A stretch of DNA of 64,000 bases. Origin: an uncultured bacterium (lineage in GTDB: Bacteria; Bacillota_I; Bacilli_A; RFN20; CAG-826). Position 1 is the first letter of the stretch. Each line of letters opens with the position of its first letter. Below, in pieces: positions 20,050 through 28,849 of this stretch. The translations under genes and the position numbers were made by a program. The notes under the pieces are model-generated. The model was not told the origin of the DNA and searched no databases. It worked only from the letters and a program-made list of their open reading frames with translations. Location of the stretch: NCBI GenBank assembly GCA_949291375.1, contig CASEVI010000004.1:39495-103494 (forward strand), read 5' to 3'.

Positions 20050-20591
20050 TTTTTCATCCCTCTAATTGCTTCTTTTAAAGCTTCATCATCACTTAGTCCA
20101 TCTTTTAAAGAATATAAAGAAGAATTTATTTCGTTTTGAGAATACCCTAATGATTTTAATGCTAAATATACATTAGAATATTTTAATAAATTTTCATCAT
20201 TTTTATCGATATTATCCGCTAATTTTATAACAATTGATTCAGCATAAACGCCAATTCCTTTTATCTTCCTAAGTTCAGAGATTTTTCTAGTTTTAATTAA
20301 AAAAATCAGTTCTTCTACTTTTACATTACCTAAAATTTGTAAAGCTTTTTTAGGACCAATGCCATTTACTTCAATTAATTTTGTAAAAACTTCATACTCT
20401 TTAAAAGTTTTAAAACCACAAAGTAAAACTCTATCATCTTTTGTATAGTCATAGATGTAGATTTTATTTTCTTCGTTTAAAGTAAATTTTTCGTCAGGTT
20501 TTGTAAAAATTTCGTAACCGATTTTATTAATTTCTAAAATAATTTTATTAAATTTAATGTCTTTGATAGTTCCAAAAAAATATGAATACAT
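20046..20591 (-). CDS. ruvA: Holliday junction DNA helicase RuvA.
   Basis: The 181-aa protein has an OB fold and a helix-hairpin-helix domain (KGIGPKKA). It lies immediately upstream of ruvB. Confidence 0.85.
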   Translation of the reverse strand: MYSYFFGTIKDIKFNKIILEINKIGYEIFTKPDEKFTLNEENKIYIYDYTKDDRVLLCGFKTFKEYEVFTKLIEVNGIGPKKALQILGNVKVEELIFLIKTRKISELRKIKGIGVYAESIVIKLADNIDKNDENLLKYSNVYLALKSLGYSQNEINSSLYSLKDGLSDDEALKEAIRGMKK

Positions 20592-20619
20592 TAATTTTTA
20601 TATTTTTTTGATGAATAAA

Positions 20620-21882
20620 TTATTCAAAATATTCAAATTCGAATTCTTTAAGCTTAACTATATCGCCATCTTTAGCACCCATTTCTTTTAACCTTTCATC
20701 AACGCCAATTTTATTTAAATAGGTAATTAATCTCATCATACCTTCATCAGTAGAAATATTGATTAAATCATAAGTTCTTTCAACTCTTTCGCCTTTAATA
20801 ACAAATAAATGTTCTTTTTCTTTGACGATATCAAAGATTTCATCGCTTTCGTCAAGGTTAATAACAACTTCTTTTTCTTCTTCTTTATAAATTGGGAAAA
20901 CAGGAGCGTCTTTAAGTAAATCTTTACATTTATATAAAATTTCATCGATTCCATCATTAGTTAAACAAGAAAGGGGATAAACTTTTTTATTTATCTTTTT
21001 TTCAAATTCTTTTAGTTTCTCATTAGCACCTTCTTCATCCATTTTTGAAGCAATAATTACTTCTGGACGATCGATAAGATTCATTCCATATTCTTCTAAT
21101 TCTTTTCGAATAGTTAAATAATCTTGATATGGATTTTCTCTACTCATATCAACCATGTGAATTAAAACTCTTGTTCTTTCAATATGTCTTAAAAAAGCAA
21201 GACCTAATCCTTTTCCCAAATGAGCACCTTCAATTAATCCAGGCATATCAGCTAAAACAAATGAAGAACCATCTTTTAAATAAGTGACTCCTAAATTAGG
21301 AACAATAGTTGTAAAAGGATAATCTCCAATTTCGGCTTTTGAATTAGAAACACAACTAATAAATGTTGATTTACCTACGCTAGGAAGACCAATAATTCCT
21401 ACATCAGCCAAAAGCTTAAGTTCTAAAATTAGCCTTTTTGTTTCTCCAGGAAGTCCATTTTCAGCAATTTTTGGGGCTTTATTTCTTGCGTTCTTGAAGC
21501 AAGCATTTCCTCTTCCACCTCTTCCGCCTTTAGCGATTAAATACGTTTCGCCAACCTTATTTAAATCACAAATAAAACTATGATTAGATTCTAAATAAAC
21601 TACTGTTCCAACAGGTAAATCAATATAAATATCTTTAGCATCTTTACCATATTGAAGTTTATTACCACCATTTTCACCATTTTCAGCGATAAATACTTTG
21701 CTATGACGATAATTAACTAATGTTGTAGTTGAAGATGAACATCTTAAATAAATTGATCCACCTCTTCCTCCATTTCCTCCACTAGGACCACCTAAAGGAC
21801 GATTTTTTTCATGTAAAAAAGTAAGAGCACCATCTCCTCCCTTTCCGCTTCTAACTTCAATAATAGTACGATCAATAAACAT
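20620..21882 (-). CDS. obg: GTPase Obg/CgtA.
   Basis: Obg-fold glycine-rich N-terminus (GGDGALTFLHEKNRPLGGPSGGNGGRGGSIYL), a G domain (GLPSVGKST) and a TGS-like C-terminus are present. Confidence 0.9.
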   Translation of the reverse strand: MFIDRTIIEVRSGKGGDGALTFLHEKNRPLGGPSGGNGGRGGSIYLRCSSSTTTLVNYRHSKVFIAENGENGGNKLQYGKDAKDIYIDLPVGTVVYLESNHSFICDLNKVGETYLIAKGGRGGRGNACFKNARNKAPKIAENGLPGETKRLILELKLLADVGIIGLPSVGKSTFISCVSNSKAEIGDYPFTTIVPNLGVTYLKDGSSFVLADMPGLIEGAHLGKGLGLAFLRHIERTRVLIHMVDMSRENPYQDYLTIRKELEEYGMNLIDRPEVIIASKMDEEGANEKLKEFEKKINKKVYPLSCLTNDGIDEILYKCKDLLKDAPVFPIYKEEEKEVVINLDESDEIFDIVKEKEHLFVIKGERVERTYDLINISTDEGMMRLITYLNKIGVDERLKEMGAKDGDIVKLKEFEFEYFE

Positions 21883-21892
21883 AAGTTTTCCT

Positions 21893-21930
21893 TTTTTAAA
21901 AAAATTAAAACCATCTGCAAAGCAGATGGT
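21893..21930 (-). terminator. Rho-independent terminator downstream of rpmA.
   Basis: Perfect 9-bp stem ACCATCTGC-aaa-GCAGATGGT, followed on the minus strand by a U-rich tract. Confidence 0.55.
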
Positions 21931-21940
21931 TAATTAAATA

Positions 21941-22231
21941 TTAAGCAGCTTCGTAAACAGATACACGTTTTCTATTTTTGCCAACTCTTTCGTATTTAAC
22001 AATACCAGCTTTTGTTGCAAAAATTGTATCGTCTCCACCCTTTTTGGTATTTAACCCTGGATAGATTTTTGTTCCGCGTTGTCTATAAATAATTGCACCT
22101 GCTTTACAGAATTGTCCATCGCCTCTTTTAGCACCGAGTCTTCTACCAGCACTATCTCTTCCGTTTTTAGTAGAACCAACACCTTTGTGGGAAGCGAAGA
22201 GTTGTAAATCAAGTTTAAATCTTAATTCCAT
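21941..22231 (-). CDS. rpmA: 50S ribosomal protein L27, with the Firmicute-type N-terminal propeptide ([14 protein letters not shown]|HKG...).
   Basis: The motif [19 protein letters not shown] is present. I prefer the ATG at 22231 because the Shine-Dalgarno AAAGGA is correctly spaced from it. The track start is 22243. Confidence 0.85.
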   Translation of the reverse strand: MELRFKLDLQLFASHKGVGSTKNGRDSAGRRLGAKRGDGQFCKAGAIIYRQRGTKIYPGLNTKKGGDDTIFATKAGIVKYERVGKNRKRVSVYEAA

Positions 22232-22250
22232 AAATACTTCCATCCTTTCA

Positions 22251-22559
22251 TTACTTTTTAGTAATTTTAACGTAATCTTTATAACTATCTTCGATAGTTT
22301 TTAATTGAATTAGCATTGTTTTAAAAACTATTTTATCTATATTATTTTGTTTATCAGTTTTTAAAGCAATTTCAACTTTTCCATTTTCACTACTTACTTG
22401 ATAATCATCAATATTTTTAATAGCATTGAGTCCACCGATTATAATTGCACTAACTGCGCTACAAACAATATCTTTGCCTTTTATATCATAATTAGCATGA
22501 CCTTCACTTTTTAAATAAATTATTTGATCATTATTTTCTAAATAAGTAATTTTAATCAT
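22251..22559 (-). CDS. prp: Ribosomal-processing cysteine protease Prp, which cleaves the L27 propeptide.
   Basis: The 102-aa protein lies between rplU and rpmA. The conserved His and Cys (GHA...CSAVSA) are present. Confidence 0.8.
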   Translation of the reverse strand: MIKITYLENNDQIIYLKSEGHANYDIKGKDIVCSAVSAIIIGGLNAIKNIDDYQVSSENGKVEIALKTDKQNNIDKIVFKTMLIQLKTIEDSYKDYVKITKK

Positions 22560-22867
22560 TATAAGTTAATGCTTGTAACTGTTAAGCAAGTATATGGTTG
22601 TCTATGACCCATACTTCTACGATAATTGTTTTTTGCTTTGTATTTAAAGACATGAATCTTTTTGCCAAGGCCTTGTTTTTCAACTTTTGCAACAACTTTA
22701 GCGCCTTCAACAAAAGGGTTACCGGTTTTAATAGTTTTATCAGCAACTAATAAAACTTTATCAAAAGTATATTCTTTGCCAGCTTCAACATCTAATTTTT
22801 CAACGTAAATCTTTTGGCCAACTTCTACTTTTAATTGTTTTCCACCACTTAAAATTATAGCGTACAT
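22559..22867 (-). CDS. rplU: 50S ribosomal protein L21.
   Basis: [25 protein letters not shown] is a typical L21 N-terminus. Confidence 0.9.
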   Translation of the reverse strand: MYAIILSGGKQLKVEVGQKIYVEKLDVEAGKEYTFDKVLLVADKTIKTGNPFVEGAKVVAKVEKQGLGKKIHVFKYKAKNNYRRSMGHRQPYTCLTVTSINL

Positions 22868-22953
22868 ATGTTTCCTCCTTTAATTAAATAATTACTCGCT
22901 TTGAAGGTATTTATTTTTATTGAAAATAAATTTAAGAAGACCTTTTTAATGCG

Positions 22954-22978
22954 GTTGTAGCTAATTAAGAGTTACAAC
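22954..22978 (-). promoter_or_regulatory. Stem-loop in the rplU 5' leader; a possible L21-leader-type autoregulatory element.
   Basis: A 9-bp stem GTTGTAGCT/AGAGTTACAAC with one G-T pair lies about 90 nt upstream of the rplU start, in an otherwise AT-rich leader. Low-GC Gram-positive bacteria have a known L21 leader structure. Confidence 0.3.
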
Positions 22979-23059
22979 GTTAAAAAATATATCATAAACT
23001 TTATTTAAAATCAACAAATAATCACGTTAAAATTGAAAGAATTTCTCTTATTTATCGAA

Positions 23060-23242
23060 TTAATTCCATGAAAATTGATATCCACCTGGAAGTTTAACTA
23101 TTCCATCGTTAGAAGTGAATAATTTATAAGCAGCAACAGCAATAATTGAAACAATCATAATTGCAATAATCGCCGCTAAAGTTATCGCTTCACCAGGTTT
23201 AATATTTTCAAGTTCTTTATCTGTTAAGATAACTTTATTCAT
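23060..23242 (-). CDS. Small hypothetical membrane protein of 60 aa (MNKVILTDKELENIKPGEAITLAAIIAIMIVSIIAVAAYKLF...).
   Basis: On the minus strand, a GGGAGG Shine-Dalgarno sequence lies 6 nt upstream of the ATG at 23242. There is one predicted TM helix. The track ORF extends to 23260. Confidence 0.5.
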   Translation of the reverse strand: MNKVILTDKELENIKPGEAITLAAIIAIMIVSIIAVAAYKLFTSNDGIVKLPGGYQFSWN

Positions 23243-23300
23243 CAAAAAACCTCCCTTCACAATACAAGAATGCTACGAGAGGTAAAAATTATTCATTTTT

Positions 23301-25880
23301 TTAAATATTTTTGATTTTTGCTTCTAATATTTCTTTTTGTTCTTTATATTTTTGATATTTTTCTTTTTCTTCATCAACCTTTTCTTTTTTAGCTTTCGTC
23401 AAGAATTTTTCATTATTTAATAAAGCTTCACTTCTTTTAATTTCTTTATTAATATTTTCAAGTTGAAGATTAAGCTTATTTAATTTCTCTTCTTTAGAAA
23501 TATTATCATCAATATAAATGATTCCATCATTAATGACTAAGGAAGTTAAATCATGATATTCATTATTTGTTAATTCAATATTTGAAGCGAATGTAAATCT
23601 TTCAATATAAGATAAAAGAGAAGAAATATTTTTATTTGTTTTAATTTTTAAAGATATTTTTTGATTTGGCGCTAAAGAATTATCAACTTTATATGCTCTT
23701 ATTTTTTCAATAACATTTTTAATAAATAAAACATTAGATTCATCAAAAGAAATATTTTCATCATTAACTGGATAAGATTCAAGCATAATTGAATCTTTAT
23801 GTTCACTTAATGAAAGATAAATCTCTTCACAAATAAATGGAGCAAATGGATAAATCATTAAAATTATTGATTTTAATGATTTAAATAATGCGTAATAAGT
23901 TGATTCTTTATTAAATGAGTCATTTTGTAAAGTAACTTTACACATCTCTAAATAGAAATCACAGAAATCATCATAAACAAACGAATGTAAAATTTGACAT
24001 GCAATACCAAATTCATATTTTTCCATTGCGGTTGTAACTTTTTTAATTGTTTCATTAAGTCGAGAAATAATAAATTTATCAACTTCATTTAATGAGTCAA
24101 ATTCCATTTCTTTAAATTTATAATCACTAGGAAGATTCATTAAAGCAAATCTAGCACTATTCCAAATTTTATTTAAATATGCATTAGAAGCTTGAACCTT
24201 TTCTTCACTATATCTCATATCAAGTCCAGGAGCAGCGGTTGTTGCAAGGAAATATCTAAGTGAATCAGTTCCATATTTATCAATAACTGCAACAGGATCA
24301 ACCCCATTTCCTAATGATTTAGACATTTTTCTTCCTAAAGAATCTCTAACAAGTCCATGAATTACAACGTCTTTAAAAGGAATTTTATTTGTAAAATGGA
24401 GAGATTGAAAAATCATTCTTGAGACCCAGAAGAATATAATATCATAACCTGTAACTAAGCAAGATGTAGGGAAATAACGTTTAAAATCTTCAGTTTCTTT
24501 TGGCCAACCTAAAGTTGCAAAAGGCCATAAAGCAGAAGAAAACCATGTATCTAAAACATCTTCATCTTGTTTCCATTCATCTTCTTTTCCTGGACAAGTT
24601 TTAGAAACAACCATCTCATCGCTATTTAATTTATACCAAACTGGAATACGATGTCCCCACCATAATTGACGAGATATACACCAATCATCAATATTAGAAA
24701 GCCATCTAGTTAAAACGTTTTCAAATCTTTCAGGATAAAATCTAACTTTATTTTCAGTTTTTTGATTTTCTAGAACTCTATCAGCAAGTGGCTTCATTTT
24801 AACAAACCGTTGCTTTGATAAAATTGGCTCAACTACTGCATCACTTCTTTCAGAATGTCCAACTTGGTGAGTGATTTCTTCAACTTTAATTAAGTCATCA
24901 TGTTCTTTAATATCTTTTAATAAAGCTTCACGACAAGCAAAACGATCCATTGAAGCATATTTGCCACAATTTTCATTCATTGTGCCATCAACATTCATAA
25001 TAATAGGATGTGGAAGGTTGTATTTTTGACCAATTATAAAGTCATTTGGATCATGTGCTGGAGTACATTTCATTGCACCAGTTCCAAATTCAATATCGAC
25101 ATATTCATCAGCAATTACTGGAATTACATCGTTATTTGCTGGATTTATTACTTTTTTACCAATTACATCTTTATATCTTTCATCATTTGGATTAACTACA
25201 ATACATGTATCACCAAACATTGTTTCAGGTCTAGTTGTAGCAATTTCTAAATATTTTGAAGGTTCATCAACAAAGCGATATTTAAAATAATAGAAATGCC
25301 CTTTATCTTCTTTATAAACAATTTCAATATTACTTAAAGCTGTTTTCATTTCGGGATCATAATTGACGATTCTTTCGCCTCTATAAATTAATCCTTCATC
25401 ATAAAGAGTTTTAAAAACTTTATAGACCGCATCTTGGAAACCTTCATCAAGAGTAAATCTTTCACGAGAATAATCAATCATTATTCCCATTTTTTCCCAT
25501 TGAGAATGGATTATATCACTCTTTTCTTCTTTCCATTTAAAAGCTTCTTTTAAGAAATTTTCTCTACCGATTTTAAAACGATCAGTTCCTTCTTCTTTTA
25601 ATTTAGCGTCAACTTTAGCTTGAGTAGCAATACCAGCATGATCTACTCCAGGAAGATAAAGTACATCAAAACCTTTTGCTTTTTTATAACGAGCAATAAT
25701 ATCTTGAAAAGTATTATCAATTGCATGGCCAATATGTAAAACACCAGTTACATTTGGAGGTGGAATAACCATTGAAAATGGTAATTTTGAAGTATCTCCA
25801 GCTTTAAAATAACCACTTTCTTTCCATTTTTTTACTTTTCCTTTTTCGATTTCTTTAAAATCATAACGTTTATCAAGCAT
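23301..25880 (-). CDS. valS: Valyl-tRNA synthetase.
   Basis: HIGH motif (LHIGHA), KMSKS, an editing domain and a C-terminal coiled coil are present. The 859-aa length fits. Confidence 0.9.
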   Translation of the reverse strand: MLDKRYDFKEIEKGKVKKWKESGYFKAGDTSKLPFSMVIPPPNVTGVLHIGHAIDNTFQDIIARYKKAKGFDVLYLPGVDHAGIATQAKVDAKLKEEGTDRFKIGRENFLKEAFKWKEEKSDIIHSQWEKMGIMIDYSRERFTLDEGFQDAVYKVFKTLYDEGLIYRGERIVNYDPEMKTALSNIEIVYKEDKGHFYYFKYRFVDEPSKYLEIATTRPETMFGDTCIVVNPNDERYKDVIGKKVINPANNDVIPVIADEYVDIEFGTGAMKCTPAHDPNDFIIGQKYNLPHPIIMNVDGTMNENCGKYASMDRFACREALLKDIKEHDDLIKVEEITHQVGHSERSDAVVEPILSKQRFVKMKPLADRVLENQKTENKVRFYPERFENVLTRWLSNIDDWCISRQLWWGHRIPVWYKLNSDEMVVSKTCPGKEDEWKQDEDVLDTWFSSALWPFATLGWPKETEDFKRYFPTSCLVTGYDIIFFWVSRMIFQSLHFTNKIPFKDVVIHGLVRDSLGRKMSKSLGNGVDPVAVIDKYGTDSLRYFLATTAAPGLDMRYSEEKVQASNAYLNKIWNSARFALMNLPSDYKFKEMEFDSLNEVDKFIISRLNETIKKVTTAMEKYEFGIACQILHSFVYDDFCDFYLEMCKVTLQNDSFNKESTYYALFKSLKSIILMIYPFAPFICEEIYLSLSEHKDSIMLESYPVNDENISFDESNVLFIKNVIEKIRAYKVDNSLAPNQKISLKIKTNKNISSLLSYIERFTFASNIELTNNEYHDLTSLVINDGIIYIDDNISKEEKLNKLNLQLENINKEIKRSEALLNNEKFLTKAKKEKVDEEKEKYQKYKEQKEILEAKIKNI

Positions 25881-25898
25881 ATTGTTACCTTCCTTTAG

Positions 25899-26492
25899 CT
25901 ATATTACACTATCGATTTTATCTTTTAACTTCATAAGTAAATGATAATTACTAACTGAAACTAAAAATAATTTATTTTCGTCAAAATCTTTAAATTTAGC
26001 TGATAAATTTTTCTTTATTTTTGCTTTCATTGACATATTAAGTTTATCAACCTTTGTTAAAGCAAAAATAAATGGAATATTATTATACATCAAATACTCA
26101 TAAAACAATAAATCGTCTTCATTAGGTTCATGACGTGAATCTAATAAAAAAATTACTAGTTTTAAATAACTATTATCATGAAAATATGAATCAATCATTT
26201 TTCCATACATTTCATAATCTAAATCTTTTTTTGATGAATAGCCATATCCGGGAGCATCAACAAAATAAAATTTATTATCTATTAAAAAATAATTAAGTAA
26301 ACGAGTCATACCAGGTTTTGAAGAGGTATAAGCAAGTTTTTTATTGTTTGTTAAAGCATTAATTAAAGATGATTTACCAACATTCGATTTACCGACAAAA
26401 AGCACCTCACTTAATCTTGGTGTAGGTGCTTGATTCATATCCGTAATGGATTTTATAAAGTTAGCTTTTTTATAATGGTAAACACTTTCCAT
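25899..26492 (-). CDS. engB: Ribosome biogenesis GTPase EngB/YsxC.
   Basis: G1 motif GKSNVGKSSLINAL. The 197-aa gene lies downstream of lon, as in Bacillus. Confidence 0.85.
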   Translation of the reverse strand: MESVYHYKKANFIKSITDMNQAPTPRLSEVLFVGKSNVGKSSLINALTNNKKLAYTSSKPGMTRLLNYFLIDNKFYFVDAPGYGYSSKKDLDYEMYGKMIDSYFHDNSYLKLVIFLLDSRHEPNEDDLLFYEYLMYNNIPFIFALTKVDKLNMSMKAKIKKNLSAKFKDFDENKLFLVSVSNYHLLMKLKDKIDSVI

Positions 26493-26493
26493 A

Positions 26494-28818
26494 TTAACGC
26501 AAGCAAACCTTTAAGGCATCATCGACGTTTTCCATATAAATAACATGTAAATTAGATGTTATCTCTTTAGGAAGTTCGTTTATATTCTTTTTATTTCCTT
26601 TTGGAACAATAATTGTTTTAATGCCACTTCTTAAAGCAGCTAAAGATTTTTCTCTTAATCCACCAATTGGAAGTGCATTGCCTCTTAAATTGACTTCCCC
26701 AGTCATCGCAACATCATTTGAAACAGGTTTATCAGTTAAAGCCGAGATAATTGCGGTAGTAATTGCAATTCCAGCACTTGGTCCATCTTTTGGGACTGCT
26801 CCTTCAGGAACATGAATATGGATATCATTTTTATTAAAGAAAGTTGGATCGATTCCATATTTTGTAGCATTAGCTTTAATATAATCTAAAGCGATTGAAC
26901 ATGATTCTTTCATAATATCGCCTAAATTACCTGTTAAAACTAATTTGCCACTTCCTTCGAAATGATTAACTTCAATAGGAAGAATATCTCCGCCATATTG
27001 AGTATATGCTAAACCAGTAACGATGCCGATTTGTTCTTTCTTCTCTTTATCAGTTGGATCAAACATTTCAATTCCTAAGAATTTTTTAACTTCTTTTACA
27101 CCAACCTTATAGACTTCATTTAAAGTATTTGTATTTAATTTTTCAACAATGACTTTACGAATAATTGTTCCAATTTTTCTTGATAATTCTCTAACTCCAG
27201 CTTCACGAGTATATCTTTCGATAATATGTTCGATTGCTTCTTTAGTGAATTTAATGCTTTTTGGATCGACTCCGTTTGCTTTTGCTTCTTTAGCAATCAA
27301 ATGATCTTCAGCAATTTTAACTTTTTCAATTAATGTATAAGAATCAATTGGAATAAGTTCAAGACGATCTCTTAAAGGTTCTGGAACATTTTCAAGATAA
27401 TTACAAGTACAAATGAATAAGACTTTTGATAAATCATAATCAATTTCAAGATAATTATCTCTAAAATGTGTATTTTGTTCAGGATCTAAGACCTCTAAAA
27501 GTGCGGCCGAAGGATCACCTTTAAAGCCATCATGAGAGAGTTTATCAATTTCATCAAGACAGAAAACTGGATTAATTGTGCCAGCTTTTTTGAGGAAAGT
27601 CATAATTCTTCCTGGTTTAGAACCAACATACGTTCTTCTATGTCCTCTTATTTCTGATTCATCAGAAATACCACCTAAAGAACATTTAACAAATTTTCTA
27701 CCTAAAGCTTTGGCTATAGAAATTGAAAGTGATGTTTTACCAGTTCCTGGAGGTCCATAGAAACATAAAACAGGAGCTTTTAAGTTTCCGTTTAATTTTT
27801 TAATAGCTAGATATTCAATGATTCTATCTTTTGCTTTTTCTAATCCATAATGATCATCATCTAAAATTTTTCTAGCACGAACTAAATCATCGTTATCTTC
27901 AGTTTCTTTATTAAAAGGAATGGCGAATAAAGTATCTAAATAATCTAAAATTAATGAATACTCGAGGGTACCTTGAGGAAGGTTTTTCATTCTTTTAAGT
28001 TCATCATGAACTTTATCAACTACTTCTTTAGGATAATTTCCTTTTTTTAATTTTTCTTCATAACTATCTTCACTGTTTTCACTGCCTTCGCCTAATTGTT
28101 GACGAATTGCTTTAAGTTGTTCACGAAGATAATATTCTTTTTGTTGTTTTTCGCTAGTTTGACGAATAGTGTTTTGTAAGTCTTGGTCAACTTTTATTCT
28201 GATTTTAATAATTTCAAAATCTTTAATTAAAAGTTCAAGTCTTTCATTAACACTTTTAGCTTCTAATAACTCTTGTTTCTTTTCTGGTTCGATATTTAAT
28301 TCGTTAGAAAAAAGATAGGATAAATCGGCTGAATTTAATCCTTTTTTAATAGTTGCATAAAAATTCTTTGGTTGCTTTCCAAAAAAATCTTCAATATTGT
28401 TATCATCAAAATATTTAATAATTTTATTGATATAAGCGACTTCAGCATTTTGATCAGAAGGTTCGTCTTTAAATAAATCACCTTCAATAAAGAAAGAACC
28501 TTCTTCAAAAGTTAAATTCTTATAAGAATATCTATCAATTCCTTGTAAAACAACTTTTATAATATCTTTTTGATCGACTTTATATAAAATTCGACACAAT
28601 GTACCGATTGTATAAATATCAGAAATAGAGCCAATTTTATCTAATGTTAAGTCTTTTTGAGAGACTATAAAAATTAAAGAGTTATAAAAATTAATACTTT
28701 CATTTATTGCTGCAACACTAAAATCTCTTTCAGCATAAAGATTAATTTCTTGTTTTGGAAATACGGTGGCTCCTCTAGTAATGAGAACAGGTAACTTGAT
28801 TTTTTCAATATCTGACAT
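26494..28818 (-). CDS. lon: ATP-dependent Lon protease.
   Basis: Lon N-domain, AAA+ Walker A GPPGTGKTS, and a proteolytic domain with the catalytic Ser in PKDGPSAG. Confidence 0.9.
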   Translation of the reverse strand: MSDIEKIKLPVLITRGATVFPKQEINLYAERDFSVAAINESINFYNSLIFIVSQKDLTLDKIGSISDIYTIGTLCRILYKVDQKDIIKVVLQGIDRYSYKNLTFEEGSFFIEGDLFKDEPSDQNAEVAYINKIIKYFDDNNIEDFFGKQPKNFYATIKKGLNSADLSYLFSNELNIEPEKKQELLEAKSVNERLELLIKDFEIIKIRIKVDQDLQNTIRQTSEKQQKEYYLREQLKAIRQQLGEGSENSEDSYEEKLKKGNYPKEVVDKVHDELKRMKNLPQGTLEYSLILDYLDTLFAIPFNKETEDNDDLVRARKILDDDHYGLEKAKDRIIEYLAIKKLNGNLKAPVLCFYGPPGTGKTSLSISIAKALGRKFVKCSLGGISDESEIRGHRRTYVGSKPGRIMTFLKKAGTINPVFCLDEIDKLSHDGFKGDPSAALLEVLDPEQNTHFRDNYLEIDYDLSKVLFICTCNYLENVPEPLRDRLELIPIDSYTLIEKVKIAEDHLIAKEAKANGVDPKSIKFTKEAIEHIIERYTREAGVRELSRKIGTIIRKVIVEKLNTNTLNEVYKVGVKEVKKFLGIEMFDPTDKEKKEQIGIVTGLAYTQYGGDILPIEVNHFEGSGKLVLTGNLGDIMKESCSIALDYIKANATKYGIDPTFFNKNDIHIHVPEGAVPKDGPSAGIAITTAIISALTDKPVSNDVAMTGEVNLRGNALPIGGLREKSLAALRSGIKTIIVPKGNKKNINELPKEITSNLHVIYMENVDDALKVCLR

Positions 28819-28849
28819 TGTTAAACAAGCCCTCCTTATATATTAAAAA

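Noticed and set aside
20763-20957. 64-aa minus-strand ORF inside obg.
   Set aside because: It is an alternative frame, Lys-rich, with no support.
23261-23300. T-box upstream of valS.
   Set aside because: The spacer to the upstream small ORF is only 40 nt and engB ends 18 nt before valS, which is too short for a T-box leader. valS appears co-transcribed with lon and engB here.
25008-25250. 80-aa plus-strand ORF inside valS.
   Set aside because: Antisense shadow ORF.
26621-27760. Plus-strand ORFs of 64 and 60 aa inside lon.
   Set aside because: They are antisense to the conserved AAA+ and protease domains of lon.
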